64,000 bases of DNA from an uncultured Gammaproteobacteria bacterium (GTDB lineage Bacteria > Patescibacteriota > Patescibacteriia > UBA9934 > GWF2-40-263), in NCBI GenBank assembly GCA_964538435.1, contig CAZIDX010000004.1, positions 769 through 64,768 of the forward strand. The letters run 5' to 3'. Under the pieces are notes generated by a model. The model ran no database searches, was not told the DNA's origin, and saw nothing but the letters and a program-made list of their open reading frames with translations. The translations under genes were made by a program, and so were the position numbers. This document shows positions 46,501 to 55,725 of the stretch, in pieces (the first letter of the stretch is position 1; each line of letters starts with the position of its first letter).

Positions 46501-49500
46501 TTATTCTTCAGATGGTGGTGGGGCAAGGTCTTTTGGTAGCTCATAGCCCCCAAAGACGCGTTGGACCATTCCTTCTGCAATATCTGTGTTGAAACGGACG
46601 CGCTCGGCAAGTTTTGCATACTCTGGAGTGTTCTGGAGTCCTTCCTCTGCCATGTTCTCGAGTACGCCCCGCTGCTCAAGGGCATAGACCATTTGACGCA
46701 TAACGCGTTCTCCCTGCGTGTTCCAATCGTTGTCGTAGCCTTTGTCTCGGAAGGCTTCGTAGAGCTGGTCCTTTGGCACACCGAACTCGTTTGCAGCATC
46801 TGTCATTTCTGATTTGTTTGCGAAGAAGCCGATGATGCGTGCGGCTGTAACTTCACCTTCATCGTTATAACGGAAACGGATTTTGTTTTCATCTCCCACA
46901 AACTTTTTAAGAGCTTCGGATGATCCTCCCTGTGGTGATTCAGGGGTTGGTGGTGCTTCAACTGGTGGGGGAGGAGTTGGTTGCGGACCTGCTTTTAGGT
47001 TTTGTTGCAGAGTGTCAGGTTTTTCTGGAGCTCCTGCGCTCGCTGTTGAATTCATGTTTTCAGATAGGTTTGCCGATGCTACCACAATGTCGGCGTCAGC
47101 CATGGCTTGCTGCACAATTGGATTTCCTGCGTCAAGGTATCTTCCGTATTCTGCAAGTTCTTGTGCGATTTGTTGTTTGAGAGCCAGAGCTTCACCAGAG
47201 CCACCTTCTCCAACACCCTCTAGCGCACGTAGGGCCTTTTGCATGACAAAGATCTTTGTTGCGCTGTCTTGGATTTGACTTGAGCTTTCAAGAACACTTG
47301 CTTCTGTAGCTTCTTCCCATCCTTCAACAAGAAGACCTTGAGCACTTTCCACAACAGAAGGTTGTGGGTTTTCTAGTAGCGCTTGGAAGTTTTCAATGTG
47401 TGGTCGTCCTGATGCGTCCAGTGTGAAAGAAACTTCACCAACTCCTTCAACGTTTAAGGATTCGATTGGTGGGATTGCATCAGCTTCAGGGTCGAAGTGA
47501 ACAATTTTATCGTAGTGTGTGAAGAATCCTTTGAGTTCTTGGATTGTTTCGCTTTGCTCATCAATGATTCCAAATTGTTTTAACGCATAATAGTGCATTT
47601 CTGCAGTTGAGATTGTTTCCATTGCTTCGGCAGTTTCTAGCAGGTTGTTTTCTTGCAGTGTTTCCAGTAATTGGTGATATCCAGCGAGGTACTCGGCATT
47701 GTGCTGGAAGATTTCAGTGTACTGTCCTGCTAATTCTTGGTGCATTTCAAGCAAGTGCTGAGTTCCTCCATACATTGCTTCGACTTGAGCAAGTTCCTCT
47801 GCAGAGAGTTCGACGTTATCAAGAGCAAGTCCTTCGACAATATCGGTTGAGTCAGATGCGTATTCAAAGTTGATTGAAGATCCGTCTTCTAGGTCGACTG
47901 TTCCGACACCGGTCCCACCTGGGGCTTCGCGTGGGATTTGGGCGATAAGCTGTTCGGTTGGGTTTGGTGGGTTGCCGTGTTCGTAGATAAATCCTTCAGC
48001 GCGAAGTTCGTCCATGCTGAGTACATCTGGTGTATCGGAGCTGATATCAACAAAACCGATATCAAGACCACCTTCGGTTGCGGTTGCAACTACGGATAGA
48101 TTTCCAATGGCTTCTGTGGCTAATCGGGTGTCACCTCCAGTGCGGACAAGTCCTTCTGCACGTGCTGCTGTGAGAGCTTGCTGGTTTGCCCAAGCGTCCA
48201 CATCACCCTCGCCTGAGAATCCAAAACCTTCTGGGTTCGCTTTGAGTTGGGAGGTGATGAGTCCGATGATGCTGTTGTGCTCGGAATCTGCTGCAACGGT
48301 TCCCATTTGGAGTTTTTCAAGATTAAGGCTTGAGCCTTCTGCCGCGTCTGGAGCAACTGTTGCTTCTGTGTTTGTCTCAGGGGAGGCAGGGGTTGCTTCT
48401 TTTGTAATCGCAGCTTCAGTTTCGGGTGCTGGCTCTGCTTCGGTTGGTGCCCCTGTTTCTGTTGCTGCTTCTGCACTGTCTGTGATTTCAGCTTCAGAGT
48501 CGCTTGAGAACAGATCGTTAAACCGCGTGAAGTTTTCAGCTAGGTTGCTCTTGATGGCTTCTGTTGCTCCAAGTTCTTGGAATTTGTCTATTGATTCAGA
48601 AAGGGAGCTTAAAACACCTTCATCCATTGCTTCGGCTCCAGCCAGGAATCCAAGACCAGTGGCTGTGGCAATGGTTCCGAGGGCCTGTGCTCGGTTCATT
48701 GTGCGCTTCAACCCTGTGTCAGCGTTGTCTCCGTATTTGAGTTTTTCGTAGGTCTCTTGAGCGCCGAATACGAACATTTCATTGAAGTAGCTATCTGTTC
48801 GTTTTCCTTCTTCCATTTCAGCAGTGACCTTTTTATGCCTTTCGTAATATTTGAAACCAGCAAGAACACCCACTCGAGCGATGTTGAGGCCAGACATTGC
48901 TAGCATCGAGTTTATGGTTTGCTTGAGAACCTCTGTGTTCTTGATGCGATTATCAATGGCTGTCTGCAGCGCTTCGTCCATTTCTGCGCGCATATTTTCA
49001 CCAGCATCATCGACTTTCTCCCCATAGGTTTCAATAATTTCGTCCAGCTTGGCTTTCATTTCAGCTTTTTTTTCTGGTGTAAGGTGCTTTGATGATTCAA
49101 TCGCTTGAGCAAGAGCGGCTTTTTTCTGTTCAACAGGATTTGGTTTTTCGCCATCCTCTTCAATAACTTCTTGCGCTTTTTCTATTGCATCGAGGATTCG
49201 ATTACGTTCTTTTTTGGTGAAGATTTTTTGAGAAATATATTTTGGGACGTCAACAAAGCCTTTGAGACCGAAAATATGCAAAGGCACAGCCATACCAACC
49301 CCTCCCACAGATAAAACAGCGTCTGTCACTGTTTCTTCAGCGGTTTCTTTTTCTTCCTGTTTTACTTCACCTGTTGCTTCTCTTCGGATGCGTTTTCCAA
49401 TCGCTCGTGCAACGTTCATGAGCTTGTCTCGTGTGCTGGCAGGTGTTTCTTCTGATGGTTCTTCTGCTGGTTGCTCGCCTTCAGGCGAAGGTTCACCCTC

Positions 49501-49617
49501 AGGCGCTGGTTCTGCTTCAGGTTCTGGAGCAGGTTCAGGTTGGTCTTTTTTGGGTTCGGTTGGCGGATCTTGGGCATTCAATTGATCCATGATGTCGTTT
49601 GCTAGTGGATCACTCAT
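46501..49617 (-). CDS. Hypothetical large (1038 aa) acidic low-complexity protein
   Basis: PE/EA-rich N-terminus, one hydrophobic segment, long acidic helical regions. Confidence 0.5.
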   Translation of the reverse strand: MSDPLANDIMDQLNAQDPPTEPKKDQPEPAPEPEAEPAPEGEPSPEGEQPAEEPSEETPASTRDKLMNVARAIGKRIRREATGEVKQEEKETAEETVTDAVLSVGGVGMAVPLHIFGLKGFVDVPKYISQKIFTKKERNRILDAIEKAQEVIEEDGEKPNPVEQKKAALAQAIESSKHLTPEKKAEMKAKLDEIIETYGEKVDDAGENMRAEMDEALQTAIDNRIKNTEVLKQTINSMLAMSGLNIARVGVLAGFKYYERHKKVTAEMEEGKRTDSYFNEMFVFGAQETYEKLKYGDNADTGLKRTMNRAQALGTIATATGLGFLAGAEAMDEGVLSSLSESIDKFQELGATEAIKSNLAENFTRFNDLFSSDSEAEITDSAEAATETGAPTEAEPAPETEAAITKEATPASPETNTEATVAPDAAEGSSLNLEKLQMGTVAADSEHNSIIGLITSQLKANPEGFGFSGEGDVDAWANQQALTAARAEGLVRTGGDTRLATEAIGNLSVVATATEGGLDIGFVDISSDTPDVLSMDELRAEGFIYEHGNPPNPTEQLIAQIPREAPGGTGVGTVDLEDGSSINFEYASDSTDIVEGLALDNVELSAEELAQVEAMYGGTQHLLEMHQELAGQYTEIFQHNAEYLAGYHQLLETLQENNLLETAEAMETISTAEMHYYALKQFGIIDEQSETIQELKGFFTHYDKIVHFDPEADAIPPIESLNVEGVGEVSFTLDASGRPHIENFQALLENPQPSVVESAQGLLVEGWEEATEASVLESSSQIQDSATKIFVMQKALRALEGVGEGGSGEALALKQQIAQELAEYGRYLDAGNPIVQQAMADADIVVASANLSENMNSTASAGAPEKPDTLQQNLKAGPQPTPPPPVEAPPTPESPQGGSSEALKKFVGDENKIRFRYNDEGEVTAARIIGFFANKSEMTDAANEFGVPKDQLYEAFRDKGYDNDWNTQGERVMRQMVYALEQRGVLENMAEEGLQNTPEYAKLAERVRFNTDIAEGMVQRVFGGYELPKDLAPPPSEE

Positions 49618-49934
49618 AGAGTTTCGATAAATTCACGAACTTTATTGATTTGTTCGTTTCTTGTGATTTGATCTGCAAGTTGCAGAGATTGTTTTTGCAT
49701 ATCATGTGCAGCTTCTTTTTCTTGAGCTTCAACTTTTTTTGCAATGTCATCAAAACGTTCAAGAAGTGCAGCAACAATAGCTTGGTCAGCTTCATGCCAA
49801 GCAGCAACAAGTTCACCAAGGTCTTTCTCCAGCTTTGGGTCGTCACTGAGAGAGAGGAGATCAATAATCATGAGTTTTGTCTCACGGTCCAATGAGCCGT
49901 GTTGCAGGGCATCCAGGAGCTTTTGTCTGTTCAT
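49614..49934 (-). CDS. Small acidic coiled-coil protein
   Basis: ORF overlapping start of 46501..49617 by 4 bp (operon). Confidence 0.4.
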   Translation of the reverse strand: MNRQKLLDALQHGSLDRETKLMIIDLLSLSDDPKLEKDLGELVAAWHEADQAIVAALLERFDDIAKKVEAQEKEAAHDMQKQSLQLADQITRNEQINKVREFIETL

Positions 49935-49937
49935 AGA

Positions 49938-50336
49938 TTAGCTCTCCTCAGCTTTTTTAAGGATGTTTTCAATTTCTTCCATTTCAGAAAGAGCCTGCTT
50001 TTCAATCTCTTTGCGTTGTTCTTGGTACTTTGTTTTGACACGTTCGAGTGTTTCAACAAATTCCTGTGTTTCAATTTGAGTTGCGTCAGCAATGTTTGCC
50101 TCGAGCATGGTAGCGAGCTTGTCTATGAGTTCTGGGGTCATGTCAGGCAGAAGTGCCATGTAGGCATCTTTTACGTCGTCTGGGAGCGATGAGGCAGCCA
50201 TGAGCCAGGCTAGGCGTTCACCTAGTTGTTTTGCCTCCTTTTCAATTTCTTGCTCATTGTTTGTTTGGTCTGTCATACGAAAATATGCTAACTTTGATTC
50301 ACGATATTCATAGTATAGCGTATTTATGCCAGACAT
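49938..50336 (-). CDS. Small acidic coiled-coil protein
   Basis: ORF; first gene of the three-gene minus operon. Confidence 0.4.
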   Translation of the reverse strand: MSGINTLYYEYRESKLAYFRMTDQTNNEQEIEKEAKQLGERLAWLMAASSLPDDVKDAYMALLPDMTPELIDKLATMLEANIADATQIETQEFVETLERVKTKYQEQRKEIEKQALSEMEEIENILKKAEES

Positions 50337-51237
50337 TCAGTATCCATATTTACCAGAGGGTAAGACTATTAAGTACACCAGTGCTGACGATCCTTTCATG
50401 ATCGAGGCATCTAAGGTTCGAGATGGTCAAGCGGGTGATACGTTTTTTCCTGTGGGGAGTGTTCTTGTGAAAGATGGGGAGGTTATTGGTCGAGGAGGGA
50501 ATGGGTTTAACAAGGGGCCAGGGCAGCTTCATATTTGTCCTCGGATTGTTATGGATTGTAAGAGTGGAGAAGGGTATGATTTGTGCACGTTTCATGATTC
50601 TCCTGGGCACAGTGAAGCTATGGCTGTGCAGGATGCAATTCATAACGGGAAGGATCCTAGTGGAGCAGATATTTATATGCATGGGCATTGGTGGGCATGT
50701 GAGCCGTGTTGGACGCAGTTTTTGGAAGCTGGAGGGAATGATATTTATGTGCTTGATGATGCGCACGAGCAGTTTACAAAAGAAAAGATGTATGAGAAGG
50801 CCATGACTACGAGTTTGAAGAGTGCTTATGTTGCAGGAGGAATTACGAACATTGAAGATTTTGATGCCAAGGCAAAGTTTTATGAAGAGATTGGAGGTGT
50901 GTGTGATGAGCTTGGGATTGTTTCAAGGATTCCGCATCGAGATAATGCACTCAATGAAGATCGAGATAAGGGGAATTCGCGTGGGGTGTATGATTGGGCG
51001 ACAAAAGAGGCTCAAGACAATTGTGTAACGATTGCTGAGGTGAGTGATCCTTCGCTTGGGACCGGGGGAGAGATTGTGCATGCTGAGCTCTCGGGAAAGC
51101 CGGTTGTGTTGTATTCAAAGAAAGGGGCGAAGGTGTCAAGGTATGTGCTTGGGAATCCGGCGGTTGTGTATCATGTTGAGTATGAGGATTTAGACGATGC
51201 TAAGCGGCAACTTCGGAATGTGCTTCGGTTGATGTAA
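50326..51237 (+). CDS. Fusion protein: dCMP/CMP deaminase zinc-binding domain + DNPH1/Rcl-like 2'-deoxynucleoside-5'-phosphate N-hydrolase (nucleoside deoxyribosyltransferase fold)
   Basis: HSEAMAV (H-x-E) and ACEPCW (C-x-x-C) deaminase motifs; C-terminal AYVAGGI ... DPSLGTGGEIVHAELSGKPVVLY resembles DNPH1 'PSLGVGYELG'. Confidence 0.7.
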   Translation: MPDIQYPYLPEGKTIKYTSADDPFMIEASKVRDGQAGDTFFPVGSVLVKDGEVIGRGGNGFNKGPGQLHICPRIVMDCKSGEGYDLCTFHDSPGHSEAMAVQDAIHNGKDPSGADIYMHGHWWACEPCWTQFLEAGGNDIYVLDDAHEQFTKEKMYEKAMTTSLKSAYVAGGITNIEDFDAKAKFYEEIGGVCDELGIVSRIPHRDNALNEDRDKGNSRGVYDWATKEAQDNCVTIAEVSDPSLGTGGEIVHAELSGKPVVLYSKKGAKVSRYVLGNPAVVYHVEYEDLDDAKRQLRNVLRLM

Positions 51238-51243
51238 GAAACA

Positions 51244-51268
51244 AGCAGTGCAAACGCACTGCTTTTTT
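51244..51268 (+). terminator. Intrinsic terminator (agcagtgc-aaac-gcactgct + T6)
   Basis: Perfect 8-bp stem + T-run. Confidence 0.6.
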
Positions 51269-51310
51269 GATTGTATTCTTTTCCTCCTTCCTTTTCCTCC
51301 CTTCCTTTTT

Positions 51311-51515
51311 AATTGGTTTCGCCTTCGCTCGAACCTTGCTCGGATCTTGCTGCGGGGGTTTGGGGCGGCCACGAGGTCGTAGGTTAAAAACTCGCAGTAA
51401 ATGTTTTTAAACTACGACCTCGAATGGCCGTTTGGCGTCCTGGGCCTATAGGTGGGGTGGTGGGGCTCTGCGACGTGTCGGCACGTCGAGTGCCTCACGT
51501 CGCCATTTCCACGGG
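51311..51515 (+). repeat. Family-1 structured interspersed repeat, copy 3 (hairpins 51370-51422 and 51470-51503), preceded by CT-rich tract 51283-51308
   Basis: Alignment with copies 1 and 2. Confidence 0.7.
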
Positions 51516-51592
51516 GGATTCGGTTGTGTAAACAAAGAAGCACCCGGAGACGAGCTGCGGGTGCAACTTGTCTCGCGGGTGCGAGAGGGGGG

Positions 51593-51668
51593 TGGGGCCG
51601 GCTGCGGGACTCGAACCCGGAATCTGCTGATTACAAATCAGCTGCTCTACCAATTGAGCTAAGCCGGC
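51593..51668 (-). tRNA. tRNA-Thr (anticodon UGU)
   Basis: RC gives GCCGGCT acceptor, D-arm GCTCAATTGGTAGAGC, anticodon stem GCTGA/TCAGC loop TTTGTAA, T-arm CCGGGTTCGAGTCCCGG, CCA; hairpin+U-run downstream on minus. Confidence 0.85.
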
Positions 51669-51683
51669 TGAGTCGTCTTGAGG

Positions 51684-53198
51684 CTACCTCACATCCTTCA
51701 TGATGGGGGTGAAGTAGACAGCCACGACCCGGGGGGTCAGGTAGTGCCCGTCGACTCGGTACAGGACCAGGTCACCCTCGGAGGGGAAGTACCGGTGGTG
51801 TCCGCGCGCCTGCACCATCTTGAGGTGGCCGTGATGGACCAGCATCTGGGTGCCGCCCTTGGGGTGGCGACCTTGCTCGATCGTGCCGTACCAGTAGCCA
51901 GCTTGGTCGAGCCGGTACTCGAGGCTGTCCTCGAGCTGGGGGTGGCTCAGGCCCAAGCGCCTCCAGGCGATGAATGCCGTGGAGATGGTGTTTTCCGTGA
52001 GGGTCGGGGCGACCACTTCGCGGAAGAAGGCTTCACCTTCGCCCTCCAGATCTACCACGAGGCGGAGCAGGAATGAGAACGTGTGCCGTGTCGCGTAGTG
52101 AGGAGTGTGGGCCAGGTCCAGGCGCTTGGCCAGGGCCTTGCGAGTTCTTGCGTCCAGGCGCTTGAGCTCATCCTCGGGGATGCGGTCGAGGCTCTCGAGT
52201 CCCAGGATGGCCTGGGCGATGTGGGCGTCCACGGCCGCGCTGGGCAGTCGACGCTCCATCTGGACCCGTGCACCCATGAGCTTGTTCGGTGCCTTGGATC
52301 CGCAGATGGCCAGGGCGATGGACAGCTCCTGGTTGGTGAGCATGTCCCAGGGCTTGAAGTCGCCGAAGCAGTAGTGCCACTTCTCGGTCTCGGTGTACTT
52401 GCGCAGGTTCATGGTGAACGGCTCGTTCTGATGCGTGTAGCCGTCACCAGCCTTGAGCGAGGTCAGGCATGCGAGTACTTCCTGGTGGATCAGGTCGAAC
52501 CCGTGGGTGGGATCGGACAGGATGCGGTTGTAGAGGTCGCTTCCGCGGCTGACTGCGATTCCGAGGGAGTGCAGGGTGCTGCGGATGGGGGCGCTGTGGC
52601 GGTCGCCGATGCCGTACTCGATGAAGTCGTGCACATCGTTGGCCATGCCATGCCGAACCTGGGTGCGGCGCAGGCGCTCGATGATGGCCTGGGCGATCAC
52701 CTGACGGGTGACACCAGCCATGATGGCAGCATTGATCCAGCCGTTGTTCCACGAGCCGAAGCGCGGGTACAGCTCGTGGATGAACCGCTCGCGCCACTGG
52801 GGCGAGAGCAGGGTCAGGAGCTCTGCGGACTGGATGAAGCCCTGGAAGAACCAGTGCGGTAGGGACAGGAGCGGGGACTCGAAGTCCGTCTGCGCGGCCT
52901 TCTGCTCGCATGCGGTGTCGTACGCGTGCAGTGCGGCCTGCATGAACAGGTCTGCGTCCCCCACGATTTCGGTGAACTTGGTCGGGTTGGCCATGATCCA
53001 GGGCATGCCTGCAGACTGCGGGATCACTTCGTATCCACAGTCATCGACCAGGAGTGCGAAGCTGAGCATGTCCTCGGGCTTGGCCGTGCCGTCTTCGATC
53101 TTCGCCAGGATGGCGTCACGGGCTGCGTTCAGGCGGTCGTAGGACTCGCCGCGGCCACTGATCCACTGGTGGGTCACGTTCTGGGTCTCGATCTGCAT
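51684..53198 (-). CDS. Hypothetical protein (504 aa from RBS-supported start), first gene of GC-rich island
   Basis: ORF 51684..53276; ATG at 53198 preceded by GGAGGA; ~60% GC by eye. Confidence 0.5.
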   Translation of the reverse strand: MQIETQNVTHQWISGRGESYDRLNAARDAILAKIEDGTAKPEDMLSFALLVDDCGYEVIPQSAGMPWIMANPTKFTEIVGDADLFMQAALHAYDTACEQKAAQTDFESPLLSLPHWFFQGFIQSAELLTLLSPQWRERFIHELYPRFGSWNNGWINAAIMAGVTRQVIAQAIIERLRRTQVRHGMANDVHDFIEYGIGDRHSAPIRSTLHSLGIAVSRGSDLYNRILSDPTHGFDLIHQEVLACLTSLKAGDGYTHQNEPFTMNLRKYTETEKWHYCFGDFKPWDMLTNQELSIALAICGSKAPNKLMGARVQMERRLPSAAVDAHIAQAILGLESLDRIPEDELKRLDARTRKALAKRLDLAHTPHYATRHTFSFLLRLVVDLEGEGEAFFREVVAPTLTENTISTAFIAWRRLGLSHPQLEDSLEYRLDQAGYWYGTIEQGRHPKGGTQMLVHHGHLKMVQARGHHRYFPSEGDLVLYRVDGHYLTPRVVAVYFTPIMKDVR

Positions 53199-53330
53199 TT
53201 GTCTTCCTCCGATCGGGTGTCTTTCTTTGACATTGCCGAGTGAGGTCTTTCTGGGAACCGCCCAGAACGGAGCCAAAAGGCTTGTAGGAATGAAAGGAGC
53301 ATGCGCACATTTGTTGTGCGCGAACGGAGA

Positions 53331-53359
53331 AATATATCATAAAATAGGTGTTTTGTCAA
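53331..53359 (-). promoter_or_regulatory. Minus-strand promoter TTGACAAAA-N17-TATATT
   Basis: Reverse complement of 53331-53359. Confidence 0.45.
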
Positions 53360-53452
53360 TCCATTTAGACAAAAAGTAGGTCTATAATAGTCATTTTTGT
53401 AAAAGTGACTCAAAACTCTCACCATGGTGAGGTTTTTGAAACCTTTGAAATT

Positions 53453-53477
53453 GAAAAGATCCGCTTTGTTGCGGATC
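53453..53477 (-). terminator. Terminator (gatccgc-tttgtt-gcggatc; U-run on minus) overlapping stop of CDS 53477..54322
   Basis: 7-bp stem; A-run 53454-53457 on plus. Confidence 0.45.
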
Positions 53478-54322
53478 TAGAGGCTCAGGCCGGGTTTGGT
53501 TGAGCATTCGTAGAGAAAGCCTTCGTAGGCCTGGTTGACGAGTTGTATCCAGCCGCCATCGCGGGGGATGCGGCTGAGGTCTGGCATTGGATTTGTTTTT
53601 ACACGTCGAGGGCGTACGTGGGTGTGTGCGACGATTTGGAGTCGGAGTTTGTCCGGTCTTTGAGGGTCGCGATCCATGATGCGAGCTGTGATCAGCAGAA
53701 GTCTCATCTCAACGCCGATGACCGCACCTTCTGGTCCGTAGACTTCGGTGGCGGCGTAGATTGCTCCGTGTGCGGCTTTGGTTGAGTAGAGTCGCTTGCT
53801 TGGAGCGAAGTTGCCATGCTCGTCCTGGTTGATGATTGCGATCGGGTCCAGGGGACTGGTGTTTCGTTTGCACCAGACCGCGTAGCAGTCGCGCAGACCG
53901 TTGTTGAACGAGTCTGGGAGTTGTAGCTCGCGTTCGTCTGTGGTGCGGTGTCGCCTGTTGTACTGCCGGCGTCCGCTGCTCAGGATCGAGACAAGATAGG
54001 CTTTTGCACGCTCTCGCTCGGCTTTCTCACAAATGTGATGCCAAGCGAGTCTGTCTGCTGAGCGCATGGAAGCAATGCCATGCTGGAGCAGGTTCGTGCT
54101 TGTAGAGTTTTTCCACTGGCCCGGGATCGTGACATAGTGCCGGTCACGTCCCATTTTAGGTTGAATCAGCTCAGCCGAGGGGGTCTTGGTTGTCTGACAC
54201 AGTTCAAGATGTTTGCGTGCAGCAGCTTCGGAGTCGAATCCGAGTGCGGGTGTGATCAGGGACGTTGTGTCCTGTGTGCTCATCAGTCCAGGAAAAGGCG
54301 CAGTCATTGCATCCTCGTACAT
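53477..54322 (-). CDS. Hypothetical protein (281 aa), GC-rich island
   Basis: ORF; own promoter and terminator. Confidence 0.5.
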   Translation of the reverse strand: MYEDAMTAPFPGLMSTQDTTSLITPALGFDSEAAARKHLELCQTTKTPSAELIQPKMGRDRHYVTIPGQWKNSTSTNLLQHGIASMRSADRLAWHHICEKAERERAKAYLVSILSSGRRQYNRRHRTTDERELQLPDSFNNGLRDCYAVWCKRNTSPLDPIAIINQDEHGNFAPSKRLYSTKAAHGAIYAATEVYGPEGAVIGVEMRLLLITARIMDRDPQRPDKLRLQIVAHTHVRPRRVKTNPMPDLSRIPRDGGWIQLVNQAYEGFLYECSTKPGLSL

Positions 54323-54345
54323 TGGGCGTCATCGCCGGGAGCTGG

Positions 54346-54374
54346 AATTTACTGGACAGAGCGTGTTTTGTCAA
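54346..54374 (-). promoter_or_regulatory. Minus-strand promoter TTGACAAAA-N17-TAAATT
   Basis: Reverse complement of 54346-54374. Confidence 0.4.
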
Positions 54375-54404
54375 TCAAAAAGCAGCTCTTGTGAGCTCCT
54401 TTGT

Positions 54405-55061
54405 TTAGATTTTGAACTGATCTTTAAGATCGGTTAGTTTTCCGCTGATGAGCAGCTCGCGCTCGTCGTCTTTGTCTAGTTTGAACGACGGAGAGCCTGA
54501 GTCTGTGTATTTGGCTGCGCTCATGCCGTGAAGGTTGGCCTCTTCTGGAGTGAGGGATTCGTTCAGCTCTTGGAAGATTACCTGGCAGACGCGCTCGCCT
54601 GGATAGATACGGATGACTTGATCGCCTGCTTCGTTTTTCATTGGGAAGATCAGGTGTCCTTTGTAGCCTGTGTCAATGATTCCTGAGAGTGAAAGGTTGA
54701 TTCCGCGGCGGTTTGTGCTGGTGCGAGGAAAGAGGATGGCCATGAGGTTCATGGCGTTGATCTCGATGCGCTCAAGGCTGGTTGCGATTACGAACTCGTT
54801 AGGGAGAAGGTCAAAGTATTGGCCAGGTTGGAGTTGGACTTCGTCGAATTGTTCGCGGTGTGCGTCAACATCGTCGATGGCTACGTTGATAGCTCGTCGT
54901 CCTTTTTCATCCACTGTCCAGTTGCGGGGGATGAGGAACTTGTAGCCGAGGCGTAGGTCAAGGGCGTGTGGTTGGATTTGAAACTTGTCGAGTTCTGGCT
55001 CAAAGACAAGGTCTTTGTCCTCGATGGATTTGATGATTTGTGATCGTGTAAGTATTCCCAT
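54405..55061 (-). CDS. dCTP deaminase / dUTPase-superfamily protein (Dcd-like) with C-terminal extension
   Basis: N-terminal ILTRSQIIKSIEDKDLVFEP...IQPHALDLRLG; RTSTNRRG; SGIIDTGYKGHLIFPMKN...PGERVCQVIF; the Dcd catalytic Glu position appears to be Pro (alignment by eye). Confidence 0.65.
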   Translation of the reverse strand: MGILTRSQIIKSIEDKDLVFEPELDKFQIQPHALDLRLGYKFLIPRNWTVDEKGRRAINVAIDDVDAHREQFDEVQLQPGQYFDLLPNEFVIATSLERIEINAMNLMAILFPRTSTNRRGINLSLSGIIDTGYKGHLIFPMKNEAGDQVIRIYPGERVCQVIFQELNESLTPEEANLHGMSAAKYTDSGSPSFKLDKDDERELLISGKLTDLKDQFKI

Positions 55062-55119
55062 AGTGCTACTACGTTGCCATATTTTTGGGTATTAGAAAAG
55101 GCCCGGACGAATCCGTGGC

Positions 55120-55671
55120 CTAGCGTGGGGTGACCATGTCTTGGAGTTGCCAGAGGCAAGTATCTCGCAGTGCGTAGTCTTCGTCTGTGAGGGAGCCGCG
55201 ATGCCACTTAGCCAGAGCCAGCCAGCACTTCATGGCGTCGCTGGCGCGATTGCATCGAAGTGCCAGGTAAGTGGCCATGCGCAGTGTCCCTTTAGGAAAT
55301 CGAGTGCGAGTTGCAACTGGAGGGATCTTTTCGACCACCTCCCAGGCAGCATTGTCTCGTCCGAGGATTACGAGTGCCCAGGCGCCGTGGGCGTAGCGGT
55401 TGAGGATATTTTCGCCGTAGAAGCAGAACGGCGCTCCGTCAAGGATGCGACTTGCTAGGACAGCGTTAGGATTCTCGTCGCAGAGCCAGATTCGAGGGAG
55501 ATCAGCAAGGGATTCTGGTGATGGCTTCATGCCCTGAAGAGCCAGGGCAAGGATGCCATCGATCTTTTCTGGTTGATCGAAGACGAGAGTTTCGTTGATC
55601 CAGCTGCGCGGGGGCGGCTTTGTGACGTCCATGGCGTTGGGGTATTGCTTTGGTTCGTTTGTGACTACCAC
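55120..55671 (-). CDS. Hypothetical protein, GC-rich island
   Basis: ORF 55120..55683 (TTG); GTG at 55671 with GGGAGGA RBS. Confidence 0.4.
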   Translation of the reverse strand: MVVTNEPKQYPNAMDVTKPPPRSWINETLVFDQPEKIDGILALALQGMKPSPESLADLPRIWLCDENPNAVLASRILDGAPFCFYGENILNRYAHGAWALVILGRDNAAWEVVEKIPPVATRTRFPKGTLRMATYLALRCNRASDAMKCWLALAKWHRGSLTDEDYALRDTCLWQLQDMVTPR

Positions 55672-55696
55672 GTTTCCTCCCAAATGGCTTCAGTGG

Positions 55697-55725
55697 AGGA
55701 TAGATAAAAACGGTCTTTTTGTCAA
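55697..55725 (-). promoter_or_regulatory. Minus-strand promoter TTGACAAAA-N17-TATCCT
   Basis: Reverse complement of 55697-55725. Confidence 0.4.

Noticed and set aside
52083-52862. 259-aa and other long plus-strand ORFs in 51.7-53.3 kb
   Set aside because: Region is GC-rich, which suppresses stop codons in all frames; the minus-strand gene has an RBS-supported start and promoter
53366-53388. Plus-strand promoter (tagaca ... tataat) in the 53.3-kb intergenic region
   Set aside because: Spacer only 11-12 bp; both flanking genes are on the minus strand and a properly spaced minus-strand promoter exists
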